From Candidatus Sericytochromatia bacterium (GTDB lineage: Bacteria > Cyanobacteriota > Sericytochromatia > S15B-MN24 > UBA4093): a stretch of 64,000 nt of DNA. A program made the translations under genes and the position numbers. The stretch lies in the NCBI GenBank assembly GCA_036676495.1, contig JAKFCT010000045.1, positions 1 through 64,000 on the forward strand, read 5' to 3'. How positions within the stretch are numbered: position 1 is the stretch's first letter; every line of letters starts with the position of its first letter. Positions 38,219 to 47,210 of this stretch are shown one piece after another. Below the pieces are notes generated by a model. It was not told the DNA's origin, made no database searches, and was given only the letters and a program-made list of their open reading frames with translations.

Positions 38219-39855
38219 GGCGTCTCCTCGCGCGTCGTCGATGGGGCGAACCATGCCCGGGCGAAATGCGCCTTGCCCGTGGGGTGGAGCGTGAAGCCGC
38301 GGACGTTGGCCCGGACCGCAGCCATCTGCTTGGCGTGGAACAGCGGCACCCATGGCGCGTCCCGGTGGATGGCGACCTGCGCCTCCTCGTAGAGCCGCAT
38401 GCGCTCCGCGGGATCCGAGACCCGCCGGGCCTTCAGGAGCAAGCGATGGGCCTCTTGCCCCCGGTAGAAGGCGTAGTTGGTGGAGCCGCCCTTGCGGGCG
38501 TTGCTGGCGTCCAGCAGGTTGTAGAGGAAGTTGTCGGGGTCGCCGTTGTCGCCGATCCAGCCGATCAGGGCCGCCTGGTGGTCCCCCTTGCCGAGCTTGT
38601 CGAGGTAGGTTCCCCACTCGTAGGTGGTGATCCGCACCTTGACGCCGATCTTGGCGAGATCCGACTGGATGGCCTCGGCCACCCGCTGGCCTTGAGGCAT
38701 GTAGGGCCGGACCACCGGCAGGGCCCAGAGCTCCATCTCGAAGCCCCGGGGGTAGCCGGCCTCGGCCAAGAGGCGCTTGGCGCGCGCGGGATCGTAGGCA
38801 TAGTCCCGGATGGCGTCGTTGTAGCCCCAGAGCGTGGGGGGCATGGGGTTCTTGGCGGCTTCGCCAAGGCGGCCGTCCGCGAAGAAGGCCTTGATGAGGG
38901 CCGGCTTGTTGATGGCGTGGTTGAGGGCCTGCCGAACTTTCAGTTGGTCGAAGGGCTTGCGATCGTTGTTCATCGCGAGGTAGCCGATGTTCATGCCCGG
39001 CTCTTGCAGGAAGCTCAGCTCGGCGTTCGCCTCGACCCGGGCGGTGTCGTCCGGATTCAGCCCGCTCATGCCATGGATGGCGCCCACCTCCAGCTCGAGC
39101 AGGCGCACGGCATTCTCGGGGACCGGCTTGAAGATCAGCTTGTCCAGGTAGGGACGCCCGCCCCAGTAGGCCTCGTTGGCTGCCAGCACGATCTTCTGGT
39201 TGGGCTCCCACTTCACGAAGCGGAAGGGACCGGTGCCCACGGGATGGCGGGAGACGTCGGCGCCGTACCGGGCCAACGAGGCCGGAGAGACCATGCCCAT
39301 CGAGAACATCGCGAGGTTGCTGAGGAAGGTCGCGTCGTGCTCCTTGAGCGTGACCCGGACGGTCTGCGGGTCGATCACCGTGACCGCGTCCACCACCGGC
39401 TCGAAGAAACTCTGCCAGAACTCGAACTGCTGGCCTTCGAGCGGCTTGCGCTGGCGCTCGAAGTTGACCGCGACGGCGGCGGCATCGAACGGCGTCCCGT
39501 CGTGGAAGGTGACGCCCCGGCGCAGATGGAAGGTGTAGGCCTTCCCGTCGGGAGCGACGTCCCAGGAGGTCGCCAGTCCCGGCTCGAGCGCCGTCGAGTC
39601 CTCCTGGAAGTGGATCAGCTTGTCGAAGACGTTCTCCGTCACGATGGAGGACTCCCCATCGGTGGTGTCGGCCGGATCCAGGCGGGTGGCGTCCCGCCCC
39701 TTGCCGAAGATCAGCGTGCCGCCATAGACGGGCTCGCCCTCCTTACCCAGGGTTCGAGCGTCCTGACCCCCGGGGCCCGCTTTGGGCGGAGCGGAACAGG
39801 ATACCGCCAAGGCCGCCGCCAACATGGCGGCCGCCAGCGCGTGGAAGCGAGGCAT
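38215..39855 (-). CDS. dppA: Peptide ABC transporter substrate-binding lipoprotein (family 5)
   Basis: AVSC lipobox, LATSW, FHLRRGVTFHDG, GTGPF, RPYMP, GWIGDNGDPDNF. Confidence 0.9.
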   Translation of the reverse strand: MPRFHALAAAMLAAALAVSCSAPPKAGPGGQDARTLGKEGEPVYGGTLIFGKGRDATRLDPADTTDGESSIVTENVFDKLIHFQEDSTALEPGLATSWDVAPDGKAYTFHLRRGVTFHDGTPFDAAAVAVNFERQRKPLEGQQFEFWQSFFEPVVDAVTVIDPQTVRVTLKEHDATFLSNLAMFSMGMVSPASLARYGADVSRHPVGTGPFRFVKWEPNQKIVLAANEAYWGGRPYLDKLIFKPVPENAVRLLELEVGAIHGMSGLNPDDTARVEANAELSFLQEPGMNIGYLAMNNDRKPFDQLKVRQALNHAINKPALIKAFFADGRLGEAAKNPMPPTLWGYNDAIRDYAYDPARAKRLLAEAGYPRGFEMELWALPVVRPYMPQGQRVAEAIQSDLAKIGVKVRITTYEWGTYLDKLGKGDHQAALIGWIGDNGDPDNFLYNLLDASNARKGGSTNYAFYRGQEAHRLLLKARRVSDPAERMRLYEEAQVAIHRDAPWVPLFHAKQMAAVRANVRGFTLHPTGKAHFARAWFAPSTTREETP

Positions 39856-39867
39856 GGAATCTCCGGT

Positions 39868-40194
39868 CTAGTTCAAGAAGTCCAGGGCCTGGAGCTTGCG
39901 GAGCCGCATGACGGCCGACGCGGCATGGTCTTGCGCCGGTTCGACCCGTTCGCCGAACTCTCCGAAGAGGGTCTTTCCGATCTCATGGACGCTCCGAGAG
40001 CCGTCCGCCAGCTCCCAGACGCGGCCGCTGACGGCATCCAGCCGATGGCTGCGGGGGCCGAAGAGCCGGGTCAGCCCGGACGCGGCGATCGTGAGGGTGA
40101 CGGAGCCGTCGTCATGACGCTCCCATTCGGTATCTTCGCGGCGCTTCGGCCGCTGCAAGAGCAAATTCTGCGTTTCGTTGAGAAACAACGGCAT
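39868..40194 (-). CDS. PqqD-family (RRE-like) protein
   Basis: NLL..RP, LDAVSGRVWELADGSRSVHEIGKTLFGEFGE.VEP. Confidence 0.75.
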   Translation of the reverse strand: MPLFLNETQNLLLQRPKRREDTEWERHDDGSVTLTIAASGLTRLFGPRSHRLDAVSGRVWELADGSRSVHEIGKTLFGEFGERVEPAQDHAASAVMRLRKLQALDFLN

Positions 40195-40302
40195 GGTGCG
40201 CGCTCGAGTCACGGCAACCTCCCGACTGGAAATGGGCAAGCAGGATCTTGCTGCTTCATTCTAGCATTCAGGCGAAACCGACGACTACTCCTCGGCCCGA
40301 TA

Positions 40303-40403
40303 GCGTCACTCCCGCGCCCGATTGCGTCATTCCCGCATCCTTGAACGTCATTCCCGCGAACGCGGGAATCCACTGGGCCCCCGCTTGAATCGCCGGGGGC
40401 GAT
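40303..40403. repeat. REP-like palindrome GTCATTCCCGC-N4-GCGGGAATCCA preceded by two 21-bp-periodic partial copies
   Basis: cgtca(c/t)tcccgc units at 40303, 40324, 40345; same family as 54445-54497. Confidence 0.75.
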
Positions 40404-40596
40404 GCAAAATCCCGAAGTAAAGCTTCGCTCATTAGAGCGATCGTCGTTGCTGCAGGACAGCGAGCTTTGACTTTCTGCCTCTATCCATGTGGTTCTCGGT
40501 TAACGCTCGCTGCCTTTCGCAACAGCCGCGGGCGCTAGAGGATTTTGCGCGGGGGTGACGGGGATGAGAGCGGGGGGACGCGGCTGGGTGGGCTCG

Positions 40597-41304
40597 CTAG
40601 CCGAGCAAGCTTGCCGCCGACGGATCGAGCAGGACCTCCGCGTCGGGATGCAACTGCAGGACCGACGCGGGACAACGCGGATCCACGAGCCCCCCGAAAG
40701 CCCGCGCGATGGCCGAGGCTTTCGAGGCTCCGGTCGCCGCCAGGAGCACCTTGCGGGCTCGGGTGATCGTGCCGACTCCCATGGTGAGCCCCTGGTGGAT
40801 CGCGTGGAGGCTGGAGGGCATCCCCTCGCGCGTCATGTCCGCGAGGCGGGCGACATGCGTCTTCACCACCAGCCGATCGCTGGGCTCATTGAAGGCGATG
40901 TGGCCGTTCCGGCCAATGCCGAGCACGGCGAGATCCAGGCCGCCGTCGGCAATGAGCGCCTCGTAGCGATGCGTCTCGGCTCCCGCGTCCTCCGCGTCCC
41001 CCCGGGGGGCATGGAAGGCCCCCTCGGGCAAGTCGATGCGCGAAAGCAGCGCCTCGGCGAAGAAGTGCGCGAAGGAATCCGGATGATCCGCCGGGAGGCC
41101 CCGGTACTCGTCCAGGGCGAAGAGCTGGGTCCCCGCAAACGAGATCCGTCCGGCCGCGACCCACTCACCCAGGAGGGCATAGGCCAGGCGCGGAGTTTCG
41201 CCGCTGGGGAGGGCCAAACGGGCCCCAGGCTTCAATGCCCGGGCGATCGCCTGGGCCAATTCAAGGCTCACGGCCTCAGAGGAGGGAAGGTGTCGAATCT
41301 GCAT
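40597..41304 (-). CDS. nagB: Glucosamine-6-phosphate deaminase
   Basis: LPSGETP, LDEYRGL, LGIGRNGHIAFNEP, TMGVGTI, PASVLQLH; start ATG 41304. Confidence 0.9.
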   Translation of the reverse strand: MQIRHLPSSEAVSLELAQAIARALKPGARLALPSGETPRLAYALLGEWVAAGRISFAGTQLFALDEYRGLPADHPDSFAHFFAEALLSRIDLPEGAFHAPRGDAEDAGAETHRYEALIADGGLDLAVLGIGRNGHIAFNEPSDRLVVKTHVARLADMTREGMPSSLHAIHQGLTMGVGTITRARKVLLAATGASKASAIARAFGGLVDPRCPASVLQLHPDAEVLLDPSAASLLG

Positions 41305-41339
41305 GGCCCCATTGTACGCTATCGCGAGCCCTCCGCGGC

Positions 41340-42527
41340 TCAAACCATCGTGTCCTCGGACGTCCACGTCGGGAGGGAGAACGAGAACGTGCTGCCCTCG
41401 CCCAGCGTACTCTCCGCCCAGACGCGCCCGCCGTGCAGCTCCACCAGGCTTTTCACCAGGGACAATCCGAGTCCCATGCCCCCGAACTGGCGCGTCGCCG
41501 AGGGATCGGCCTGGTAGAACGAGGTGAAGAGCATCGCGAGCTTCTCCGGGGCCAGCCCGATCCCGGTGTCGCTGATTTCCACGATGACCGCCTCCTGGCG
41601 TTCCGGGTCCTTCAGCCATCCCGCTTCGCACTTCAGGCATGCCCGGACGGCGATCCGGCCCCCGGGCGGGGTGAACTTCACCGCATTGGAGAGCAGGTTC
41701 GCCACGATCTGGTAGACATGGTTGGGATCCCCGCGCACCAGCGGGAGGTCGGGATCGATCACCAGGCTGATGCTGAGCGGCTTGGCGGCCGCGAGGTCGA
41801 GCTGCTGCTCGCATGCGGGCTGGAGGATCAAGCCGATATCGAGGGGCTGGATGTCCAGGCTGAGCTTTCCGGCGGTGATCTGGCTCAGGTCGAGCATGGT
41901 GTTGATCAGCTCGCGCAGGCGGTAGCCATCGGCCAGCAGGCGTTGAAGGAGCTCATGCTGCTCCGAGCTGAGCCGTCCCGTCAGCTCTTCCTCCAGGATC
42001 TCGCCGTAGCCCAGGATGCCCGACAGTGGCGTCCGCAGCTCGTGGGTAACGTTGGAGAGGAGGTTGCGGCGGAGCACGTCGAGTTCCTTCAATTGCCGGT
42101 TGGCGTCCTCGAGCTCTCGACTGCGCGCTCCCAGGCTCTCCCAGGTCTGGATGGCTCGCTCCTGGATCAGGGCATGGACCAGATCGTCCAGCATCCAGAT
42201 CCCGTCGTCCTCCCCCTTCACTCCGATCTCCCGGTAGGCCTCGCGAACCTCGCGGGGCAAGTCGAAGCAAAGGCTGACCAGGCGAGGGTAATCGACGCCG
42301 TGATGCTGCAGCTCCATGAGGTCCCGGCTGAGCCGGGCGTGGTCCTCCGGACGGGACTGCCCCTGCATCTGCCGGATCCAGGTCTCGAGGAGATCCGAGA
42401 GGAAGGCTCGAGCGGCGGTCTCGAAGGGGGGCTTGCTCGGCGTTTCGGGAAAGTGGATCCAGCGTAGGCAGCGACGGACGACGTCGGGGGCGAATGTGGC
42501 GTAAGTCTCGACCAAGGTGATCCTCAT
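41340..42527 (-). CDS. Cytoplasmic histidine kinase
   Basis: THELRTPL, NAVKF, DTGIG, GMGLGL; helical N-terminal domain without TM; start ATG 42527 after GAAGGAAGG. Confidence 0.9.
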   Translation of the reverse strand: MRITLVETYATFAPDVVRRCLRWIHFPETPSKPPFETAARAFLSDLLETWIRQMQGQSRPEDHARLSRDLMELQHHGVDYPRLVSLCFDLPREVREAYREIGVKGEDDGIWMLDDLVHALIQERAIQTWESLGARSRELEDANRQLKELDVLRRNLLSNVTHELRTPLSGILGYGEILEEELTGRLSSEQHELLQRLLADGYRLRELINTMLDLSQITAGKLSLDIQPLDIGLILQPACEQQLDLAAAKPLSISLVIDPDLPLVRGDPNHVYQIVANLLSNAVKFTPPGGRIAVRACLKCEAGWLKDPERQEAVIVEISDTGIGLAPEKLAMLFTSFYQADPSATRQFGGMGLGLSLVKSLVELHGGRVWAESTLGEGSTFSFSLPTWTSEDTMV

Positions 42528-42635
42528 AACGCCTTCCTTCGCCTCGCTGCGGGCGCTGTCGCCTCGCCGCGGGCGCCGTCGCCTAGCCGTGAGCGCTGTC
42601 GCTAGCCACGGGTGCCGCGGCTGAGCGCAGTTTAC

Positions 42636-42676
42636 CACGATGCCCCTTCGGCCAGTAGAGGCGAAGGGGCATCGTG
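42636..42676 (-). terminator. Strong hairpin downstream of nadC
   Basis: cacgatgccccttcg...cgaaggggcatcgtg 15-bp stem; no clear U tract. Confidence 0.5.
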
Positions 42677-42700
42677 AGGAAGGAGCGTTGTGGGACGGAA

Positions 42701-43582
42701 TCAGGCCGTGTGAAGATCGAGGCTGATGTCCAGGCTGCCGGCGCTATGCGTCAGCGCTCCGACCGAGATGAAGTCCACCCCGGTCTCGGCGACGTGCCGG
42801 ATGCTCGTCAGCGTGATGCCACCCGACGCTTCCGTGATGGCCCGGCCGTCGATCAACGCGACCGCCTCACGCATCGTCTCGGGGGCCATGTTGTCCAGCA
42901 TGATGATGTCAGCCCCTGCTTCCAGCGCCTCGCGAACCATCTCCAGCGACTCGGTCTCCACCTCGATCCGGGTGGTCATGGGCGCGCCCGCGCGGGCCCG
43001 CCGGACTGCCTCGGCGATCGAGCCGGCGATCTCGATGTGGTTGTCCTTGATCATGATGGCGTCCGCCAGCCCGAAGCGATGGTTGCGCCCGCCGCCGACG
43101 CGGACGGCGTACTTCTCCAGCAGGCGCAGGCCCGGGGTCGTCTTGCGGGTGTCCAGCAGCTGCGTGTGGGTTCCCTCCAGCGCGTCGGAGTACGTCCGCG
43201 CCAGGGTCGCCGTGGCCGACATGCGTTGCAGGAGGTTCAAGGCCACGCGCTCGGCCATCAACAGGGAACGGGCGGAGCCATGGGCCTCGGCCACGATCGT
43301 TCCCTTGCGGATGCGATCGCCATCCTGAGCGAGCAACTGGAGCGTGAGCGCCGGGTCCACCAGATGGAAGATCCGCGCGACCACCGGAAGCCCCGCCACG
43401 ACGCCGTCCTGCTTGAACAGGAACTCGGCCCGGCCCATGACGTCCGGAGGCACGATCAGGGTGCTGGTCAGATCCCCCCAGGCCCAGTCCTCGCGCAACG
43501 CATGCTCGAGGATGGGATCGAGCGTCAGCGGGTGGAGGCCGGCGTGGGCGAGGTGCGTGCTTGTAGGAAGTGCTTTCGGCAT
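42701..43582 (-). CDS. nadC: Nicotinate-nucleotide pyrophosphorylase (carboxylating)
   Basis: DTRKTTPG, NHRFGL, IKDNH, EVE, MLDN, EASGGI, SVGALTHS. Confidence 0.95.
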   Translation of the reverse strand: MPKALPTSTHLAHAGLHPLTLDPILEHALREDWAWGDLTSTLIVPPDVMGRAEFLFKQDGVVAGLPVVARIFHLVDPALTLQLLAQDGDRIRKGTIVAEAHGSARSLLMAERVALNLLQRMSATATLARTYSDALEGTHTQLLDTRKTTPGLRLLEKYAVRVGGGRNHRFGLADAIMIKDNHIEIAGSIAEAVRRARAGAPMTTRIEVETESLEMVREALEAGADIIMLDNMAPETMREAVALIDGRAITEASGGITLTSIRHVAETGVDFISVGALTHSAGSLDISLDLHTA

Positions 43583-45096
43583 GAATCGTCCATTTCGGGG
43601 TAATCGGTGCGGGCGTGGACGCCGCGGCTCTCCTTGCGCCAGAGCGCGGCTTCGGTGATCAGACGGGCAGACGTCAAGAGGTTGCGAAGCTCCCAGAACT
43701 CCCGGGACCGCTCCTCGCGGGGACCCGATTCGAGGGTTTCCTGCCAGGCGGTAATCCGAGCCAAGGCTGCTTGAAGGCCCTCTTCCTGGCGGAGCAACCC
43801 CACGTTCGCCCACATCTCGGCTTGCAACTCGGCGCGCATGGCACCCAGTGCGCCGGATGGGCCCGTCGAGGCGAGCGGAGCGGGCAACGGGGCGGTGAAG
43901 TCCTCTTCCTCCGGTGTGGGGTCCAGCTCGGCAATGGCCTCGGCAACCCGGCGCCCGAAGACCGCCGCCTCCATCAGGGAGTTGCTCGCCAGGCGGTTGG
44001 CGCCATGCAGCCCCGTGGCCGCGGCTTCGCCCGCGGCGTAGAGACCCGGAATCGAGGCCCTGCCCCAGAGATCGGTCTGGACTCCGCCGATGAAGTAATG
44101 CGCCGCCGGAGCCACCGGCAGCATGTCCTGAGGCAAGTTGAAGCCGTTCTCCCGGCAGAACGCCACGATGTTGGGGAAGCGCGACTGCACCAGCTCGGCG
44201 CTCAGATGGCGGAGATCCAGCCAGACGAACCCCCGGCCGTCCTGGGCCATCTCGGCGGCAATGGCGCGCGCCACCACGTCCCGGGGCGCCAGCTCCTTGC
44301 GGGCGTCGTAGCGCTCCATGAACGCCTCGCCCTTCGCGTTTCTCAGGATCGCCCCCTCGCCCCGGACGGCCTCCGAGATCAGGTGGGTCCGCACTCCGGG
44401 ATGCGTCAGGGCCGTGGGATGAAACTGCATGAACTCCATGTCGGCGAGCACCGCGCCCGCACGCCATGCCAGCCCGACCGCATCACCGGTGGCCGTCGGA
44501 GGATTGGTGGTGTAGCGGTAGACCTGCCCCAGGCCGCCGGCCGCCAGCACGGTCGCATCCGCCGCCAGGAAGCTCACCCGATCCTCGGCGTCCATCACCA
44601 GGGCCCCGCGGCAACGGCCGTCCACTACGAGATCCTGGACGAAGTGATGCTCGCGGATCGTGATCTTCGGATGGCGGCTCGCCTTCTCCGCGAGCGCGCG
44701 CTCGATCTCGAGACCCGTGGCGTCTCCCAGCGCATGCACCACCCGCCGCCGGGAATGGGCGGCCTCCAGGGTGACGGCCAAGCGCCCGTCCTGTTCGCGG
44801 TCGAAGTGAACCCCGGTCTCGACCAAGGCACGCAATTGAGCGGGGCCTTCTTCGGTGAGGATCCTCACGGCGTCCGGGTCACAGAGACCCGCTCCCGCTG
44901 CGATCGTGTCCTGGGCATGCAAATCCGGAGAGTCGTCCGGCGTGACGGCCACCGCGATCCCGCCTTGGGCGTATCGGGTGTTGGAATCCATCAGGTTCTG
45001 CTTGGTGACCAGGTTGACGTCCAGGCCATGATCGGCGAGCGAAAGCGCTGTCCAAAGCCCGGTCAGGCCGCTGCCGATGACGAGTACGGATCGCAA
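43525..45096 (-). CDS. nadB: L-aspartate oxidase
   Basis: IGSGLTG, YAQGGIA, EAAHS, QFHPT, ISEAVRGEG, HGANRLASNSL, ESRGVH; adjacent to nadC. Confidence 0.95.
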   Translation of the reverse strand: MRSVLVIGSGLTGLWTALSLADHGLDVNLVTKQNLMDSNTRYAQGGIAVAVTPDDSPDLHAQDTIAAGAGLCDPDAVRILTEEGPAQLRALVETGVHFDREQDGRLAVTLEAAHSRRRVVHALGDATGLEIERALAEKASRHPKITIREHHFVQDLVVDGRCRGALVMDAEDRVSFLAADATVLAAGGLGQVYRYTTNPPTATGDAVGLAWRAGAVLADMEFMQFHPTALTHPGVRTHLISEAVRGEGAILRNAKGEAFMERYDARKELAPRDVVARAIAAEMAQDGRGFVWLDLRHLSAELVQSRFPNIVAFCRENGFNLPQDMLPVAPAAHYFIGGVQTDLWGRASIPGLYAAGEAAATGLHGANRLASNSLMEAAVFGRRVAEAIAELDPTPEEEDFTAPLPAPLASTGPSGALGAMRAELQAEMWANVGLLRQEEGLQAALARITAWQETLESGPREERSREFWELRNLLTSARLITEAALWRKESRGVHARTDYPEMDDSCRKHFLQARTSPTPASTR

Positions 45097-45216
45097 GCGA
45101 CCGCCCCCCTTCTCATGTATACCGCGGGCTCCTATTAAGCCCGTATTAAGGCTTGAATTATAACACGCCTTGAGTTACAAGAAGGAAGGAAGCCCCAGAG
45201 GGGCGGAAGGGGGACC

Positions 45217-45426
45217 ATGACCACCGGGACGATGCCTGCGATCGCCTTCGAGCCTATCGAATGCGAGTACTTCGACAAGGAAAACCTCGGTTGGGCCAAG
45301 GCCTACATCGCCAAGCACCAGCAACGCCTCGAAGAAGGCGGTGAAGACCTGGCCCCCCAGCTGCGCCGCTTCATGGAAACGGAAATCGCCGCCTACGAGG
45401 AGCTGATCGCCCGCTTTTCCAAGTAA
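45217..45426 (+). CDS. Hypothetical small acidic protein
   Basis: 69-aa ORF with GGAAGGGGG RBS, host-like codon usage and an AT-rich upstream region. Confidence 0.65.
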   Translation: MTTGTMPAIAFEPIECEYFDKENLGWAKAYIAKHQQRLEEGGEDLAPQLRRFMETEIAAYEELIARFSK

Positions 45427-45432
45427 GCCCGC

Positions 45433-46596
45433 TTACTCGAGGAAGGCCGCAAAGACCTCGTTGGACAGCATGATCCCGCGTGGGGTCAACAGCAGGCGAT
45501 CGCCCCGATCTTCCAGGAGACCGTCCGCCACCAGCTGCTGGACGGTCTTGCCGTAGCGCGCGTCGAGCGCTTCCCCGAACCGTTCCGCGTAACGCGCCTT
45601 TTCCAGCCCGTCCCGGGTCATGCGCAACCCCAGGAAGATCAGCTCCTCGCGGATCTCCTGCTCGCTCATCGGCTCCGCGGGAATTTCCGGCCGCGGATCC
45701 CGGACGTAGTCCATGATCCCGCGGCCATGCGCGTAGCGGCGGTTCCGCCAGTAGGAGTGCGCCCCCGTCCCCAGCCCGATGAAGGGGGCGTTGACCCAGT
45801 AGCGCGTGTTGTGGCGCGACTCGAAGCCGGGCTGGGTCCAGCTCGAGATCTCGTACTGCTCGAAGCCCGCGCCCCGCATCCGCGTCTCCAGGACCTCGGC
45901 CATGGCGATCTCGAGGTCCTCGTCGACCAGCTGAAGCTTGCCTTTGCGGTGCCAGGCCCCGAAGACCGTCTGCTCCTCGAGGATCAGGCTGTAGATCGAG
46001 AAATGCTTCGGCTCCAGGGCCAGGGCCTGGGTGATGCTCTCCTCCCAGTCGGCCATGGTCTGGCCGGGAAGGGCGTACATGAGGTCGAGGCTGAGGTTGG
46101 TGATGCCCGCGTCGCGGAGGGCCTCCAGCGTGCGCGGCACGTCCTCGGGGGCGTGGTCGCGGCCGATCCGCTTCAGCAGCTCGGGCGAAAAGGTCTGGAC
46201 GCCCAGGCTCATGCGGCGGATGCCCCAGTCATGCGCGGTCTTCCAGAGCTCGGGGCTGCCGGTGCCGGGGTTGACCTCCATGGTCGCTTCCGCGCCGGGA
46301 AGGATCCGGAGGTGCCGGTGGAGGGCGCTCATGATCGTGTCGAGCTGGCGCGGGGTGAGCACCGAGGGGGTGCCGCCGCCGAAGTAGATCGTCTCGGCCT
46401 CCAGGCCGGCGTAGGCCGCGATCTCGCGCGTCAGGGCCTCCACGTAGGCGTCGATGTGTTTTTCCTGCCCCGCATAGCATGCGAAGTCGCAGTAGTAGCA
46501 CTTCTTCACGCAGAAGGGGATATGCAGGTAGACCCCCACGCGCCGATCGGCGGGAGCGAGCGTGTCCAGGTCGAAGAGAGGCGTCGGTATCGTCAT
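45433..46596 (-). CDS. hemW: Radical SAM heme chaperone (HemW/HemN-like)
   Basis: YLHIPFCVKKCYYCDF, GGGTPS, YEISSW, HNTRYW, HemN C-terminal domain; start ATG 46596. Confidence 0.92.
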   Translation of the reverse strand: MTIPTPLFDLDTLAPADRRVGVYLHIPFCVKKCYYCDFACYAGQEKHIDAYVEALTREIAAYAGLEAETIYFGGGTPSVLTPRQLDTIMSALHRHLRILPGAEATMEVNPGTGSPELWKTAHDWGIRRMSLGVQTFSPELLKRIGRDHAPEDVPRTLEALRDAGITNLSLDLMYALPGQTMADWEESITQALALEPKHFSIYSLILEEQTVFGAWHRKGKLQLVDEDLEIAMAEVLETRMRGAGFEQYEISSWTQPGFESRHNTRYWVNAPFIGLGTGAHSYWRNRRYAHGRGIMDYVRDPRPEIPAEPMSEQEIREELIFLGLRMTRDGLEKARYAERFGEALDARYGKTVQQLVADGLLEDRGDRLLLTPRGIMLSNEVFAAFLE

Positions 46597-46604
46597 GCCT
46601 CGCA

Positions 46605-47156
46605 TTATACCGAGTTTTGCTTCCACTCCGGGGCCAGAACGGCCATCTCGAGGAAATCATGGAACCGGCCCGCGAAGAAGCGGTGGTCGCGAAGCCGTCC
46701 CTCGGTCTGGAAGCCGCAGCGCTCGTAGCAGGCGATCGCCCGCGCATTGGTCGCCAAGACCAGCAGCCTCGCCTTGTGGAGGCCGAGATCGTCGAAGAGG
46801 TAGCCGAGCAGCGTCTGGAGAGCGTCCGTTCCGAGGCCGTGGCCCCGGGTTGCGGCATCGCCCAGGTAGAGGCCGACGAGGGTCTGGCGATCGCCCGCAT
46901 CGTAGGCGCCGTACCAGATCGTCCCGATCAGGCCCTCCGGGGTCTCGATCCCCAGGGTCTTGCCCTCCTGGGAGGAGGTCTTGTCGAGCTCGGTATCGAG
47001 CCAGGCGTCGAGCTCGTCGCGGCTGCTGACGCGGCGCCGGGAGCCCATCTGGCTCCAGAGCTCGGGATCGTTCCACCAGTCGTGGAGCGCGTCGCTGTCG
47101 TCCCGTTCCAGGGCGCGGAGTCGAATGATCTTTCCTTGAAGCATGGCCGTTCTCAT
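46605..47156 (-). CDS. GNAT N-acetyltransferase (RimJ/RimL-like)
   Basis: RGHGLGT, NARAIACYERCGF.EG.LR. Confidence 0.9.
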   Translation of the reverse strand: MRTAMLQGKIIRLRALERDDSDALHDWWNDPELWSQMGSRRRVSSRDELDAWLDTELDKTSSQEGKTLGIETPEGLIGTIWYGAYDAGDRQTLVGLYLGDAATRGHGLGTDALQTLLGYLFDDLGLHKARLLVLATNARAIACYERCGFQTEGRLRDHRFFAGRFHDFLEMAVLAPEWKQNSV

Positions 47157-47159
47157 GAG

Positions 47160-47188
47160 GAAGCCGGGGGAAGGTTTCCCCCGGCTTT
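47160..47188. terminator. Terminator after the pilin gene
   Basis: aagccgggggaa-ggt-ttcccccggctt perfect hairpin. Confidence 0.7.
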
Positions 47189-47210
47189 GCGATTGGATAG
47201 AGGTTCGAGA

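Noticed and set aside
22634-44467. Apparent long N-terminal extensions or fusions in ORFs 22634-23944, 37220-39211, 40597-41814 and 42701-44467
   Set aside because: The extensions are off-frame overlaps of upstream genes; recognisable proteins begin at internal ATGs
45433-46596. Radical SAM enzyme as RiPP maturase partner of the PqqD protein
   Set aside because: Clear HemW motifs (HIPFC, HNxxYW), no SPASM domain, and not in the same operon
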